Virus record (IMG/VR): IMGVR_UViG_3300013233_000093
Span: 1 to 64,000 of that record
Direction: 5' to 3' (one strand)
Length of the DNA stretch: 64,000 bases
Shown here: piece after piece, positions 48,633 to 57,704 of the stretch
Position numbering within the stretch: position 1 is the stretch's first letter
Layout: the number at the start of each line of letters is the position of its first letter
Program-made: the position numbers and the translations under genes
Notes under the pieces: generated by a model
Databases searched by the model: none
Seen by the model: the letters and a program-made list of their open reading frames with translations, nothing else
Told to the model about the DNA's origin: nothing

Positions 48633-48888
48633 TGACGGTGACGTCCTAGTGGAAGAACTAGACGTGAGGTTTCGCATCGGCCGATTACAGGATGTTGAGT
48701 ATACGCATATGTCCGTAACGTACATAGGCACCGAGGGCGCCGTGCACATGTCGCACTCTAACGCCACATCCAGACTGGGTGCATTTTCAGTGAAGGAAGG
48801 CGAGTACGCCGCTGCATATGCTTCAATTCCGCAACAGGGCGAGTTTGCGGATGTATGTCTAATTACATCGAACGTTAAGCCATATTAA
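48595..48888 (+). CDS. Hypothetical protein
   Basis: ORF ends just before promoter cassette; start may be 48610. Confidence 0.55.
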   Translation: MRITKMSLSLIYSDGDVLVEELDVRFRIGRLQDVEYTHMSVTYIGTEGAVHMSHSNATSRLGAFSVKEGEYAAAYASIPQQGEFADVCLITSNVKPY

Positions 48889-48900
48889 CGATCGTTAGAT

Positions 48901-48944
48901 ATTCAAAACTATATCACTATTATGATGGACAACGTGTTGTTGTC
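48901..48944 (+). promoter_or_regulatory. Early promoter + stem-loop cassette
   Basis: Consensus followed by GACAAC/GTTGTC hairpin. Confidence 0.85.
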
Positions 48945-48969
48945 TTTTAACTGATTAGGGAATAGAACC

Positions 48970-49266
48970 TTGCGCACTATGCTAGAAGATGTAACCGTAA
49001 CCGTTGAATTTCGGGAGCTGTTTAGTCGCGGCAATGTAAATTTCAGACCACCGGAGCAGCTATTTGATCCTGCATACGTTTCATCTTTGCTGTACGCCAG
49101 TCATAAGGTTTATGTACGTGCCCGCCTCACCATGGGAGATTGTTACATAACCACGGCGACGGCGAGCAACGATTATGGACTGCCGCAGGTTATCGATGTC
49201 GATGCGTACGGTGTTCCGTGCGACGCATCTAACGCCGCGTGGGCGGTTTACGCAGCACCCGAGTAA
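48970..49266 (+). CDS. Hypothetical early protein
   Basis: AGGGA RBS after promoter. Confidence 0.6.
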   Translation: MRTMLEDVTVTVEFRELFSRGNVNFRPPEQLFDPAYVSSLLYASHKVYVRARLTMGDCYITTATASNDYGLPQVIDVDAYGVPCDASNAAWAVYAAPE

Positions 49267-49322
49267 CCCTAACAAGCCGCTTGGTTTCTCAAGCGGCCTC
49301 TATGCAGTAATAAGGAAGAAAT

Positions 49323-50390
49323 ATGAATAAGTTAGACACCACAAGTTTCGCATTAACCGTATTGGATCACGGATACAATTTGTTTCCTGCTTCTATGGAA
49401 GGCGGTTACCGGCCGTTCGGCGCAATGTTTAACCCAGCTCTTCTGCCCACCGAGAAATTAGTGGACGGCGGTGTAATCTTTGTGCCGGATAAAAACTGGT
49501 ACATTGCTAAAGCAGGTACAGATCTTAGCGCGCTGCAAAATGAAAATACCTCGCTTTACCCAATAAACAGCGACGGGATGGTTGACTTTGACTCACAATT
49601 CCCACATACGGTGTTATGGCAGATTGTGGTTGTTCGTCCGCCACAGACCATGTCGCCTATATCTACATTGCGTAAAGCCATGGACGATTGGTCAGTCAGT
49701 AAAGATATCCCGCACGGGACTGCTTCTCGTGAGACAGAGACTCATTTTGCCACAGGCACACCGGCGCGTAACATCTCTTCAAGCCTCGTTGATGCATTAA
49801 AAGCATTGATTAATGATTACGGTACGTTCGGTGTTGAACAATCGTGCATTGTGTATCGCATGACCACTGCACCTGTTTACAACATGACCGAAGCAAGCAT
49901 TGCGTTTGGCTGGGATCACCGTGGTAAGGTTACCTTCAAAACGGCGGACATGCTCGTCGTAGTCCACATTGACGTGCCGACCATGCCGCGTACGCGATGC
50001 GGCAGGGCATCGATGTTAATTGACGGCAACCCGGTTATCTTCGGCACATCAACGATAGATTGCGAACGACAGATATCCAGGATTGCAGAGTTACACAACG
50101 AGGGTAGATCTTATTACGATCTGGCCGAAAAACCAGGAGCGTACATTTCACACCTCACCGATATGGGTAAAACGTTCTCGTTGTTTGTGTATACAGACAC
50201 GGGTATTACTGTACTTTACTCTCCAGGCGATGAAACCTATAACGGTAGTGGTGTTGACAGATGCATCGATAGGTCTGGTTATTCAGCCAACGTTCGAGAT
50301 GTTAAACAAGAATACGTGCTGGCGCGGGTTCGTAAATTGCCGTATGACATAAGTCCGGACATCAGGCGTGCTAGTCGCTGGCACGCATAA
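49323..50390 (+). CDS. Hypothetical protein
   Basis: AAGGA RBS, 355 aa. Confidence 0.75.
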   Translation: MNKLDTTSFALTVLDHGYNLFPASMEGGYRPFGAMFNPALLPTEKLVDGGVIFVPDKNWYIAKAGTDLSALQNENTSLYPINSDGMVDFDSQFPHTVLWQIVVVRPPQTMSPISTLRKAMDDWSVSKDIPHGTASRETETHFATGTPARNISSSLVDALKALINDYGTFGVEQSCIVYRMTTAPVYNMTEASIAFGWDHRGKVTFKTADMLVVVHIDVPTMPRTRCGRASMLIDGNPVIFGTSTIDCERQISRIAELHNEGRSYYDLAEKPGAYISHLTDMGKTFSLFVYTDTGITVLYSPGDETYNGSGVDRCIDRSGYSANVRDVKQEYVLARVRKLPYDISPDIRRASRWHA

Positions 50391-50425
50391 TCCATTAACC
50401 ACTTTAATACTTCTGAGGATTGGAA

Positions 50426-50821
50426 ATGAATGGTGATGACTATCAAGCACATGCCAGCAAGGTTAAGAAGGATGGCAATTTGCTTAAAGAAGTACCACAC
50501 ACGTTGATAGACTACAAAATGTGTATCGATGCAGTGACAAACTTCGAGTATGCGATTAAGCATGTTCCAGACGAGATCGCTGACCATGCTCTCTGCGAAA
50601 TCGCCGTTAGGAAAAGTGGCAACGTTTTTATGCACACGCCCATGCGATTTAGATCGCCTGATATGTGTAAAATAGCAGTAAGCGATTTTGGCTTTATGCT
50701 GTCGGAAGTACCTGTGATACATCGTACGCCAGAGCTGTGTGCAATCGCGGTAGCTGGAAACCCTAGAGCGCGGGAATTCTTTCCGTGTAACTTAACAGAA
50801 GAGGAAAGTTGTAATGACTAA
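50426..50821 (+). CDS. DUF4116-like helical repeat protein
   Basis: LKEVP...MCIDAV, IKHVP...LCEIAV, LSEVP...TPELCAIAV repeats. Confidence 0.75.
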   Translation: MNGDDYQAHASKVKKDGNLLKEVPHTLIDYKMCIDAVTNFEYAIKHVPDEIADHALCEIAVRKSGNVFMHTPMRFRSPDMCKIAVSDFGFMLSEVPVIHRTPELCAIAVAGNPRAREFFPCNLTEEESCND

Positions 50822-51221
50822 ACTAACTGAGAATAACATCCGTGTGATCGTGGATAAGTCTAACGGTATTATTTCCACAAGTAAAACCGATGAAGGTTTG
50901 GCTGGATGGGAGTTCGTCGTTAACGAAAAAGAGTTTGCCGCGTTAGACCCTGGCAATTACATAATCATCTCTTCGTGCATGACGGTTGTATTGGTAACAG
51001 AGACTGCGTTAGATCTATTCATGGAGCTGAAGTTTTTCGATACGACAGCGCTATACGCCGTACCGCAGCTCCACCAGATAGCCGCCCGCGTGCCTAACGT
51101 AGATGCATACCGCTCGCTATGTGAGGCAATGGATGTCGCAGTAGAAGAAGATTATTGCGCGTACTGTGAAAAGTTTAACGATCGTGAGACCGGAGACATT
51201 ATCTTAAAGGTAATGACCTAA
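50814..51221 (+). CDS. Hypothetical protein
   Basis: GAGGA RBS; overlaps upstream stop. Confidence 0.7.
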   Translation: MTKLTENNIRVIVDKSNGIISTSKTDEGLAGWEFVVNEKEFAALDPGNYIIISSCMTVVLVTETALDLFMELKFFDTTALYAVPQLHQIAARVPNVDAYRSLCEAMDVAVEEDYCAYCEKFNDRETGDIILKVMT

Positions 51222-51227
51222 CTTAAC

Positions 51228-51275
51228 TATATCACCCACGCTTAAGCGTGGGTGATATAACCATTTTTTATTTTT
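51228..51275 (+). terminator. Terminator (perfect 32-bp palindrome)
   Basis: TATATCACCCACGCTTAAGCGTGGGTGATATA with T-tract. Confidence 0.8.
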
Positions 51276-51283
51276 CACCGTTT

Positions 51284-51324
51284 ATTCAAAACTATATCAC
51301 TATTATGATAACGATCGTGTTATC
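51284..51324 (+). promoter_or_regulatory. Early promoter + stem-loop cassette
   Basis: Consensus followed by GATAAC-gatcgt-GTTATC. Confidence 0.85.
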
Positions 51325-51357
51325 TAACCTTTAAACTAACCAAAGAGTGATTGAATT

Positions 51358-52131
51358 ATGTGCATGATTGATTTCGTAGAAACACGCTTCTTTGACACCA
51401 TCGATGCTCGTCGCGCGCAATGTGATGGGTACGCAGTACGCCGCAAGGTAGATATCGATGTAGATAAAGATGGTCGGGTACGCAATGAATGGTCTGAGCT
51501 GGTAGGCAGTTACATTAACAACCCGGATGCGATAACTGCTAAATGTTATTATATTCCGAAGGGTTTGAACCGTATGGACAGTGACGGCGCGGTGCGCCGC
51601 GTGGCGTGTATCGACCATAACGGCGCTTTGAGTGTACTTTCAGAAGTCGTAATTCACGCTCCGGTACACCGTACAGTGCACGCAGGGTTACCAAAACACT
51701 TGGCGGATTTCTCCACGACAGAATCAAACGGTTTTCGCACTGTCACCCTGCCCTCGTCACCCTCACTGACGGCGAAAGACGTGGCGTTCATGACCGATTT
51801 GTTCCAGGCAGATTACGTAGTATCACGCTTTAAGTGTTACACCGTATACGTGACCCTGTCGTCAAAAGTGACTGGTGTCGTAGGTCATATTGAAGACGAC
51901 GCTCATGGTACAGTTTATGTATGGGATAAGTACATGAACGAAGAACCCTGTACAGAAGAGGTCTCTGAATTAGCAGGTTACGCAACACCAGACAAACCCG
52001 CCGAATACGAGACTGTGTTTCAAGATGTATTCGAGGCATTATTTAATAAAGGTAAAATTAATGCCAGAGGCAAGGTTAAGGCGATTGCGCTTAAAGCCAT
52101 TGACGACATCTTCGACGCACTGGAAAAGTAA
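51358..52131 (+). CDS. Hypothetical early protein
   Basis: 257-aa ORF after promoter. Confidence 0.7.
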   Translation: MCMIDFVETRFFDTIDARRAQCDGYAVRRKVDIDVDKDGRVRNEWSELVGSYINNPDAITAKCYYIPKGLNRMDSDGAVRRVACIDHNGALSVLSEVVIHAPVHRTVHAGLPKHLADFSTTESNGFRTVTLPSSPSLTAKDVAFMTDLFQADYVVSRFKCYTVYVTLSSKVTGVVGHIEDDAHGTVYVWDKYMNEEPCTEEVSELAGYATPDKPAEYETVFQDVFEALFNKGKINARGKVKAIALKAIDDIFDALEK

Positions 52132-52139
52132 GTACTATG

Positions 52140-52184
52140 CCACACCAGGCCGTGAAGCCTGGTGTGGTGCACTTTCTTTTTTTC
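52140..52184 (+). terminator. Rho-independent terminator
   Basis: CCACACCAGGC/GCCTGGTGTGG with T-tract. Confidence 0.8.
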
Positions 52185-52233
52185 TAAAAGGCGCGGTATT
52201 AACTGTATCCAGAATAAATAATCGAGAATTATT

Positions 52234-52686
52234 ATGCTTAATGAAACGAAACCAGTAACAACCGTAATTGATGAAGACGCGGGAAGTGCGTTAATGCAGT
52301 TTCCAGGACAGGCACCTAACTTTATCTTTTCGTGCGATGCCACTGCAGGGTTTTTATCCCTAGCCACGGACGAACCTATTTTGTTATACGTCACTGCACG
52401 AGACAATCTAAACGTAACGAAGAAAATTCGTTTCGACATAAACGAGACAGAGGAGCCTGGGTATTTTCTAAAGTACACACCGCCACTGCCTTACGTTGCA
52501 GTGCACCAGATAAACGGTAGTCTTTTAGTGACATGCTTAGACGGGACAGGAATTCACTTAGTGCCGAAATTGTCGTTACGTGAATCTGGCGGATACGTGT
52601 TGCGTGTAAGGGAAGAAGCGGTGTCCGAACGACTGTGCTCATTATTTGTAGCTAACGCTACGCTACAGGCATTACGGAACTTATAA
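52234..52686 (+). CDS. Hypothetical protein
   Basis: 150-aa ORF in co-oriented run. Confidence 0.65.
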   Translation: MLNETKPVTTVIDEDAGSALMQFPGQAPNFIFSCDATAGFLSLATDEPILLYVTARDNLNVTKKIRFDINETEEPGYFLKYTPPLPYVAVHQINGSLLVTCLDGTGIHLVPKLSLRESGGYVLRVREEAVSERLCSLFVANATLQALRNL

Positions 52687-52697
52687 CGGAGATTATT

Positions 52698-53036
52698 ATG
52701 GCAGTCTTGGTAAAGTCACCGGTCCCTGTAGAGGCAGAGGCTAATGTAATCGACGGGATTGTAGAGGAACACGACGAAGCAATTGCGCGTCTACGTGCAG
52801 TGTTTAAAGTGGAACCGTATAAGCTATTAACAATAGCTAAACTGTACGCACTGGTGGATAAACTGGACGGGCTTCCGTCCAACGATCCGTTGATACTGGA
52901 TGTGTTTGGGGAACCTAAGGTCGGATACGATCTTGTAATCCTTATTAACAGGCGTGGTAAAAAGCAGTACCTCACCGCGCAGCTACTGTCACAAACACCA
53001 CCACCGACATTTGTACAAAGGATGTTTGGACAATGA
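52698..53036 (+). CDS. Hypothetical protein
   Basis: GGAG RBS. Confidence 0.65.
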   Translation: MAVLVKSPVPVEAEANVIDGIVEEHDEAIARLRAVFKVEPYKLLTIAKLYALVDKLDGLPSNDPLILDVFGEPKVGYDLVILINRRGKKQYLTAQLLSQTPPPTFVQRMFGQ

Positions 53037-53566
53037 TAAACGATACAGATAGTTATACGGATGCAGAATTGACCGCCCGGGTATCAGACGATACACTTTT
53101 CAGGGTAATCCATCAATGGACGGAGTCCGGTGACCCCGACAATACAAGCATTGGATTAAGCCTTGTGTCCATACGTCCGATTGTGGACGCTCCTAGGATT
53201 ACAATTGAATTAGAGTATGATTGGGATTCCACTGATTGGGTGGTTGCATGGCTCACAGGTAAACATTTCGACGACAAACGTCTTGTGATGACGGACGACG
53301 GCAGGGTGCGTGATACGTTTCACATGACAGTCCCAAGCATGGGATATGTGAGAATGGTGCATAATTTCGATGAACCATATGCCCTAATGAGTATGCAAGA
53401 TGATAGTGGTGTGGAGGTGGGCATTACATCTAAAATGTCATCAGACCGTATGTGCATGACTATAAAGCTAAACGTAGAGCGATATGACGGTGATTCATTT
53501 CGCACGCGGTTGTTGCAAGAGCAACTACGTGAAACCAGCAAAATAAAAACCCTTTTAACCAAGTAA
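53033..53566 (+). CDS. Hypothetical protein
   Basis: ATGA overlap with upstream gene. Confidence 0.65.
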   Translation: MINDTDSYTDAELTARVSDDTLFRVIHQWTESGDPDNTSIGLSLVSIRPIVDAPRITIELEYDWDSTDWVVAWLTGKHFDDKRLVMTDDGRVRDTFHMTVPSMGYVRMVHNFDEPYALMSMQDDSGVEVGITSKMSSDRMCMTIKLNVERYDGDSFRTRLLQEQLRETSKIKTLLTK

Positions 53567-53584
53567 CCCAATTAAGGATATATC

Positions 53585-53944
53585 GTGGACATAAAAACAT
53601 TAGAAACTCCGATCCCACAGGGAGATTATTTAACCCTGTACGCGGACGACTTATGGTTGCTGTCGGTGCCAAATAAGGTACTTACTTGCTATGAACTGGC
53701 CAGGTCTGATTTTAAGTTAGTGGTTTCCACCAACGACGTCGACCGCGTAACGGTTTACACCGACACCGCGACAGTCCATTGCGTGAATCGTAATCAACCA
53801 TCTCAAACGCATTACATCAATCGCCACATACCAAGCGATGTCAGCAAACCAGTGCATATAAGCATGTCTGATATACGAGATAACACCTGCACTCGATTTA
53901 CAAGCCGTAAGGTTTGCGGTTACACACTACTAGGACCATTGTAA
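53585..53944 (+). CDS. Hypothetical protein
   Basis: AAGGA RBS; TAATG coupling to thyA. Confidence 0.6.
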   Translation: MDIKTLETPIPQGDYLTLYADDLWLLSVPNKVLTCYELARSDFKLVVSTNDVDRVTVYTDTATVHCVNRNQPSQTHYINRHIPSDVSKPVHISMSDIRDNTCTRFTSRKVCGYTLLGPL

Positions 53945-54738
53945 TGAAAGCGTATTTAGATCTGTTAGGGGACGTGCTGTTAACCGGACAGTCACGCGAC
54001 GACCGTACAAGCACAGGTACCATTTCTGTATTTGGCAGACAGGCGCGGTATAACCTAGAAAATGAATTCCCGTTGGTGACCACGAAGAAGGTCAACCTGC
54101 ACGCCATCATTCACGAGCTATTGTGGTTCTTGAAAGGTGACACCAATGTCAAATACCTGCAGGATAACAATGTCCGGATTTGGAATGAATGGGCAGCTGA
54201 AAATGGCGATCTAGGTCCCGTGTATGGAAAGCAGTGGCGATCGTGGACAGATAGCGAAGGCTGGAGTGTCGATCAGATCGGGGAAGTCATCGAATCCATT
54301 AAAACAAATCCTTTGTCCCGCAGGCATATTGTAACTGCCTGGAACCCGTCTGACCTAAATGACATGGCCTTGCCGCCATGTCATTTACTGTTTCAGTTTT
54401 ATGTCCGTGGGGACTATCTTGATTGCCAACTCTATCAGAGATCCGCTGACATGTTCTTAGGTGTACCGTTTAACATCGCGTCGTATGCGTTGTTAACTAT
54501 GATGATTGCACAAGTCACGGGGTTAAAGGCAGGTGAGTTTGTTCATACCTTGGGCGATGCACACATTTACACCAACCATACGGCACAGGTAAATACACAG
54601 CTACGTAGGTTGCCATGCAAGCCACCCCGCATGTTGTTAAATCCTTCTGTTACTAACATTGACGACTTTACATACGACGACTTTAAACTGACCGGTTATG
54701 AACCGTTCCCAGCATTGCGCGGAAAGGTAGCTGTGTGA
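53944..54738 (+). CDS. thyA: Thymidylate synthase
   Basis: [55 protein letters not shown]. Confidence 0.97.
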   Translation: MKAYLDLLGDVLLTGQSRDDRTSTGTISVFGRQARYNLENEFPLVTTKKVNLHAIIHELLWFLKGDTNVKYLQDNNVRIWNEWAAENGDLGPVYGKQWRSWTDSEGWSVDQIGEVIESIKTNPLSRRHIVTAWNPSDLNDMALPPCHLLFQFYVRGDYLDCQLYQRSADMFLGVPFNIASYALLTMMIAQVTGLKAGEFVHTLGDAHIYTNHTAQVNTQLRRLPCKPPRMLLNPSVTNIDDFTYDDFKLTGYEPFPALRGKVAV

Positions 54739-55232
54739 CCATAATACATGCGATAGTGGCGTTGGATTTAAACGACGTCATAGGAGATACCAGAACCAAC
54801 GATCTGCCCTGGCGTTCGCCGGGAGACCTTAAGAACTTCAAGCGCATAACGGACGGTGAGGTCATCGTCATGGGCAGGCGGACATTCGAGTCTTTGCCTA
54901 ACGGACCACTGCCAAATAGGCGTAACGTTGTAGTCTCTCGAACAATGACGAATATCCCAGGAGTAACGGTTATTCCTTCGATGAAAGGCTTTGGTAAACG
55001 GAGTGAACATAAACGCATCTTCATCATAGGAGGTGCAGGACTTTTTGCCGCAGCGTGGCATCGGATAGACTATCTGCACATGACCAGAATAGGCTTTCAT
55101 TCTCCAGGCGATTTGAGGTTTCCTATAACTAACCCTGAAAGTTATTTTACCAAAATAACAGAAGATGTTAATCTGGAACCTTACGGACACGTACCGGCGA
55201 TCTATTCGGTTTTCGAAAGGCGTGATCGTTAG
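54735..55232 (+). CDS. folA: Dihydrofolate reductase
   Basis: LPW...[37 protein letters not shown]; GTGA overlap with thyA. Confidence 0.93.
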   Translation: MTIIHAIVALDLNDVIGDTRTNDLPWRSPGDLKNFKRITDGEVIVMGRRTFESLPNGPLPNRRNVVVSRTMTNIPGVTVIPSMKGFGKRSEHKRIFIIGGAGLFAAAWHRIDYLHMTRIGFHSPGDLRFPITNPESYFTKITEDVNLEPYGHVPAIYSVFERRDR

Positions 55233-55235
55233 ATT

Positions 55236-55278
55236 TTCAAAACTATATCACTATTATGATGGACAACGTGTTGTTGTC
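55236..55278 (+). promoter_or_regulatory. Early promoter + stem-loop cassette
   Basis: Consensus; 55227-55287 identical to 58489-58549. Confidence 0.85.
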
Positions 55279-55300
55279 TTTTAACTAGAGAGATTTTATT

Positions 55301-56152
55301 ATGGAACCGACACTAGAAGAACTTAAAGACATTCTCGTCACGATGTGCGAGGGACGCGGCACCCGATTAACTATCGTCCACGATCATCTGACGAAATGCA
55401 ACCGTTATCATAAAACGCGGTTTTGTAACGTCGGAAATGACCGCATGTTCGTAACGATCACTGCATCAGACGTACGCGTTGGCAAGCATGAACTGTGCAC
55501 ACTCGCCACCGTGCACGTGTATTTTGTAAACGAAAACGCCCGTGTTAATCCAAACTGGGATAAGGTGCGTGAATACGAACTGGTTCTCACCGAGCCATAC
55601 ATCGTCCCGTTGGACGCGCAGCTGGTGCTAGACTGGCCAGTCGTCACACATACTAACGGCGCTCTGACGTATAAGATAAACCCTTCAACATACCTCGCAG
55701 TTGAAGACACTACCTGGTTAAAGCACGGTCGTTGGAATGGCGGTCATGTTGAGGTAACTGATACGTCAACTGAACCGCACAAGATGGCTGTAGATGTGGC
55801 TGCCTTATTAAAGACTTATAGTGCGCCAGAAGGTAACTTCGATGACTATGTCACCGGCGTTTCAAAACTGGCGTTTAACAATAAGATTACTGCCATATGT
55901 ACCCCACAGATTACCTTTATACGCGAATCGACATCGGAGACATTTCACGATTATGACGTCTACGCAGTCATTGCCTCCGACGAATACATCGTAATACCGG
56001 TAATTTCTCCATGCCCTAAGTTAGATACCCCACCGGTTATAGTGGATAACGGCACTAGAATCATGTTTGGAGATGGTAGTTTTTGGTCGTTAGCCACATT
56101 CTTATTGGCAATGACTATCGAACCCGTAAATAAGGCACTGCCTGACGATTAG
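55301..56152 (+). CDS. Hypothetical early protein
   Basis: 283-aa ORF after promoter. Confidence 0.7.
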   Translation: MEPTLEELKDILVTMCEGRGTRLTIVHDHLTKCNRYHKTRFCNVGNDRMFVTITASDVRVGKHELCTLATVHVYFVNENARVNPNWDKVREYELVLTEPYIVPLDAQLVLDWPVVTHTNGALTYKINPSTYLAVEDTTWLKHGRWNGGHVEVTDTSTEPHKMAVDVAALLKTYSAPEGNFDDYVTGVSKLAFNNKITAICTPQITFIRESTSETFHDYDVYAVIASDEYIVIPVISPCPKLDTPPVIVDNGTRIMFGDGSFWSLATFLLAMTIEPVNKALPDD

Positions 56153-56214
56153 AAATACAAGAAGCAAAAAACCAATAACGGGAATTAGCCCGTTATAAAC
56201 AGGAGAAGATTAAA

Positions 56215-56346
56215 ATGCAATACATTAATTGGTTATTGATGGTAATCCCGGCACTACTGACTCCACTGGCTGCTATAGCTGGTGTATGGATCGCGGTGGT
56301 TTGTCCAATCAGAGTGAGTAAAGATTGCCTACGTAAGGAGGGTTAA
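56215..56346 (+). CDS. 43-aa single-TM peptide
   Basis: AGGAG RBS; MQYINWLLMVIPALLTPLAAIAGVWIAVVCPIRVSKDCLRKEG. Confidence 0.55.
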   Translation: MQYINWLLMVIPALLTPLAAIAGVWIAVVCPIRVSKDCLRKEG

Positions 56347-56348
56347 TT

Positions 56349-56540
56349 GTGATATTTTATCACTACGCAAGTGAGCAGTATCCAGAGTTATTATCCAAGC
56401 AGGCACAGGGCGGCCCGACGAACGCAGATTTAAAAGAGTAAATTCGAATGTCTGTGTTTAGAGGTTATCCCGCATCGTATGAGAAACACATATCCCTGTT
56501 TATAGAACCACCTCCCTTTAAAGAGTTACCGAGTATATAA
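56349..56540 (+). pseudogene. Probable pseudogene with in-frame TAA
   Basis: AAGGAGG RBS; MIFYHYASEQYPELLSKQAQG...LKE*IRMSVFRGYPASYEKHISLFIEPPP...; stop at 56439. Confidence 0.55.
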
Positions 56541-56620
56541 TGACTTACCCTAAAAACGGTAAGATCAAAGTAAGTAAAACAAGACGCATTGTCTTATAAC
56601 CCAAAAGAAGGATTAGAATT

Positions 56621-57136
56621 ATGACAGCCATAATCGCGTCGTACAAAGATGGTTATTACCATCTCACAGCCGACACTTGTGTTTCCATGACCGGGTATGT
56701 TAGTACTTGGACAAAGGTATTTAGTACGCAGTACGCCGCAGTAGCGATCTCTGGTAGTGCAGGGATTTGCACACGCGTTGCAACGCGCGCACTGGCCGCG
56801 CACGACGGTTCTGATATCGAGGCACTGCTTGCGGACTTACAGAAACGCGCCGGTATATACCATGACAGCAAAACGGAGGTTTACCTCACAGTCATCCACG
56901 CTACCGGGATTTACGCAATAAGTACGTCAGATACCCGCGCTTACGGCGACATAACGTTCACCGCCGGAAGCGGTGCGGATGCAGTTCTTGTAGCGTTAAC
57001 CGCAGCTAGTCGTCTTGGCAAGTTCAAAACGGAATTAGAGCGCCACGCGTTTGCAATGAAGCAGGCTGCACGCTGGGAACCCAGCGTTAATGCTAAAGTA
57101 GATCAGGTATCCATCAAAGCAGGAGACGCAGTATGA
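56621..57136 (+). CDS. Proteasome-beta/HslV-like Ntn hydrolase (N-terminal Thr)
   Basis: M-T start, LTADT, TKVF, AISGSAG, AGSGA: canonical Thr1/Asp17/Lys33/GSG pattern. Confidence 0.75.
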   Translation: MTAIIASYKDGYYHLTADTCVSMTGYVSTWTKVFSTQYAAVAISGSAGICTRVATRALAAHDGSDIEALLADLQKRAGIYHDSKTEVYLTVIHATGIYAISTSDTRAYGDITFTAGSGADAVLVALTAASRLGKFKTELERHAFAMKQAARWEPSVNAKVDQVSIKAGDAV

Positions 57137-57651
57137 TTTTCACTCACAACGACGGCAAATCTTTGTTGGTCTACGCGAATGAATATAATTCCGTGGAGCT
57201 TATTGAGCCAGATGACTACTCGATCCACGAGGCAGATAATGCGTCGATTACGTCGGGCTACACTAACTCATTTACGGCGTTGGTAAAACGTCATATGACG
57301 GATAAATACGCCAGCCAGCCATGCGCATACACAGCAGCCATGGTGTTCAAAGATGAGTTAATTGCAATAGCCAAGCACTATGAATTAGACATTACCAAGA
57401 TGTCACACTTCGTAGTTAGATTGGGTAATGAGATGGTGCAGATTGCAGACACCGACATTTACATTGACGACTCAGAAGTCAGCACGTTGAACTGTTCAAC
57501 TGCATTGGTGTATCTTACATCGATCAAAGATCTTATCCCTGGTATAACAAAGGCACGTACGCGTAAGCTTATGCTGGAGCATCTTGAAAACGATCTCCCG
57601 CAGACAAACCCGCCGTTCATAAAGGTGTTTAAGTTTAAGAAAGGCAGGTAA
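57133..57651 (+). CDS. Hypothetical protein, probable inactive Ntn-fold paralog
   Basis: ATGA overlap; same length and collinear similarity to upstream gene; lacks Thr1. Confidence 0.55.
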   Translation: MIFTHNDGKSLLVYANEYNSVELIEPDDYSIHEADNASITSGYTNSFTALVKRHMTDKYASQPCAYTAAMVFKDELIAIAKHYELDITKMSHFVVRLGNEMVQIADTDIYIDDSEVSTLNCSTALVYLTSIKDLIPGITKARTRKLMLEHLENDLPQTNPPFIKVFKFKKGR

Positions 57652-57655
57652 GCGC

Positions 57656-57704
57656 ATATCACCTAGGCCATACGGCCTAGGTGATATATGTGGTCTTTTC
57701 TTTT
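57656..57704. terminator. Terminator between convergent genes
   Basis: ATATCACCTAGGCC-ATAC-GGCCTAGGTGATAT with T-rich tail. Confidence 0.8.

Noticed and set aside
53944-54738. Base-modifying hydroxymethylase
   Set aside because: Has the dUMP-specifying Asn (PFNIA) and an adjacent DHFR, so canonical ThyA
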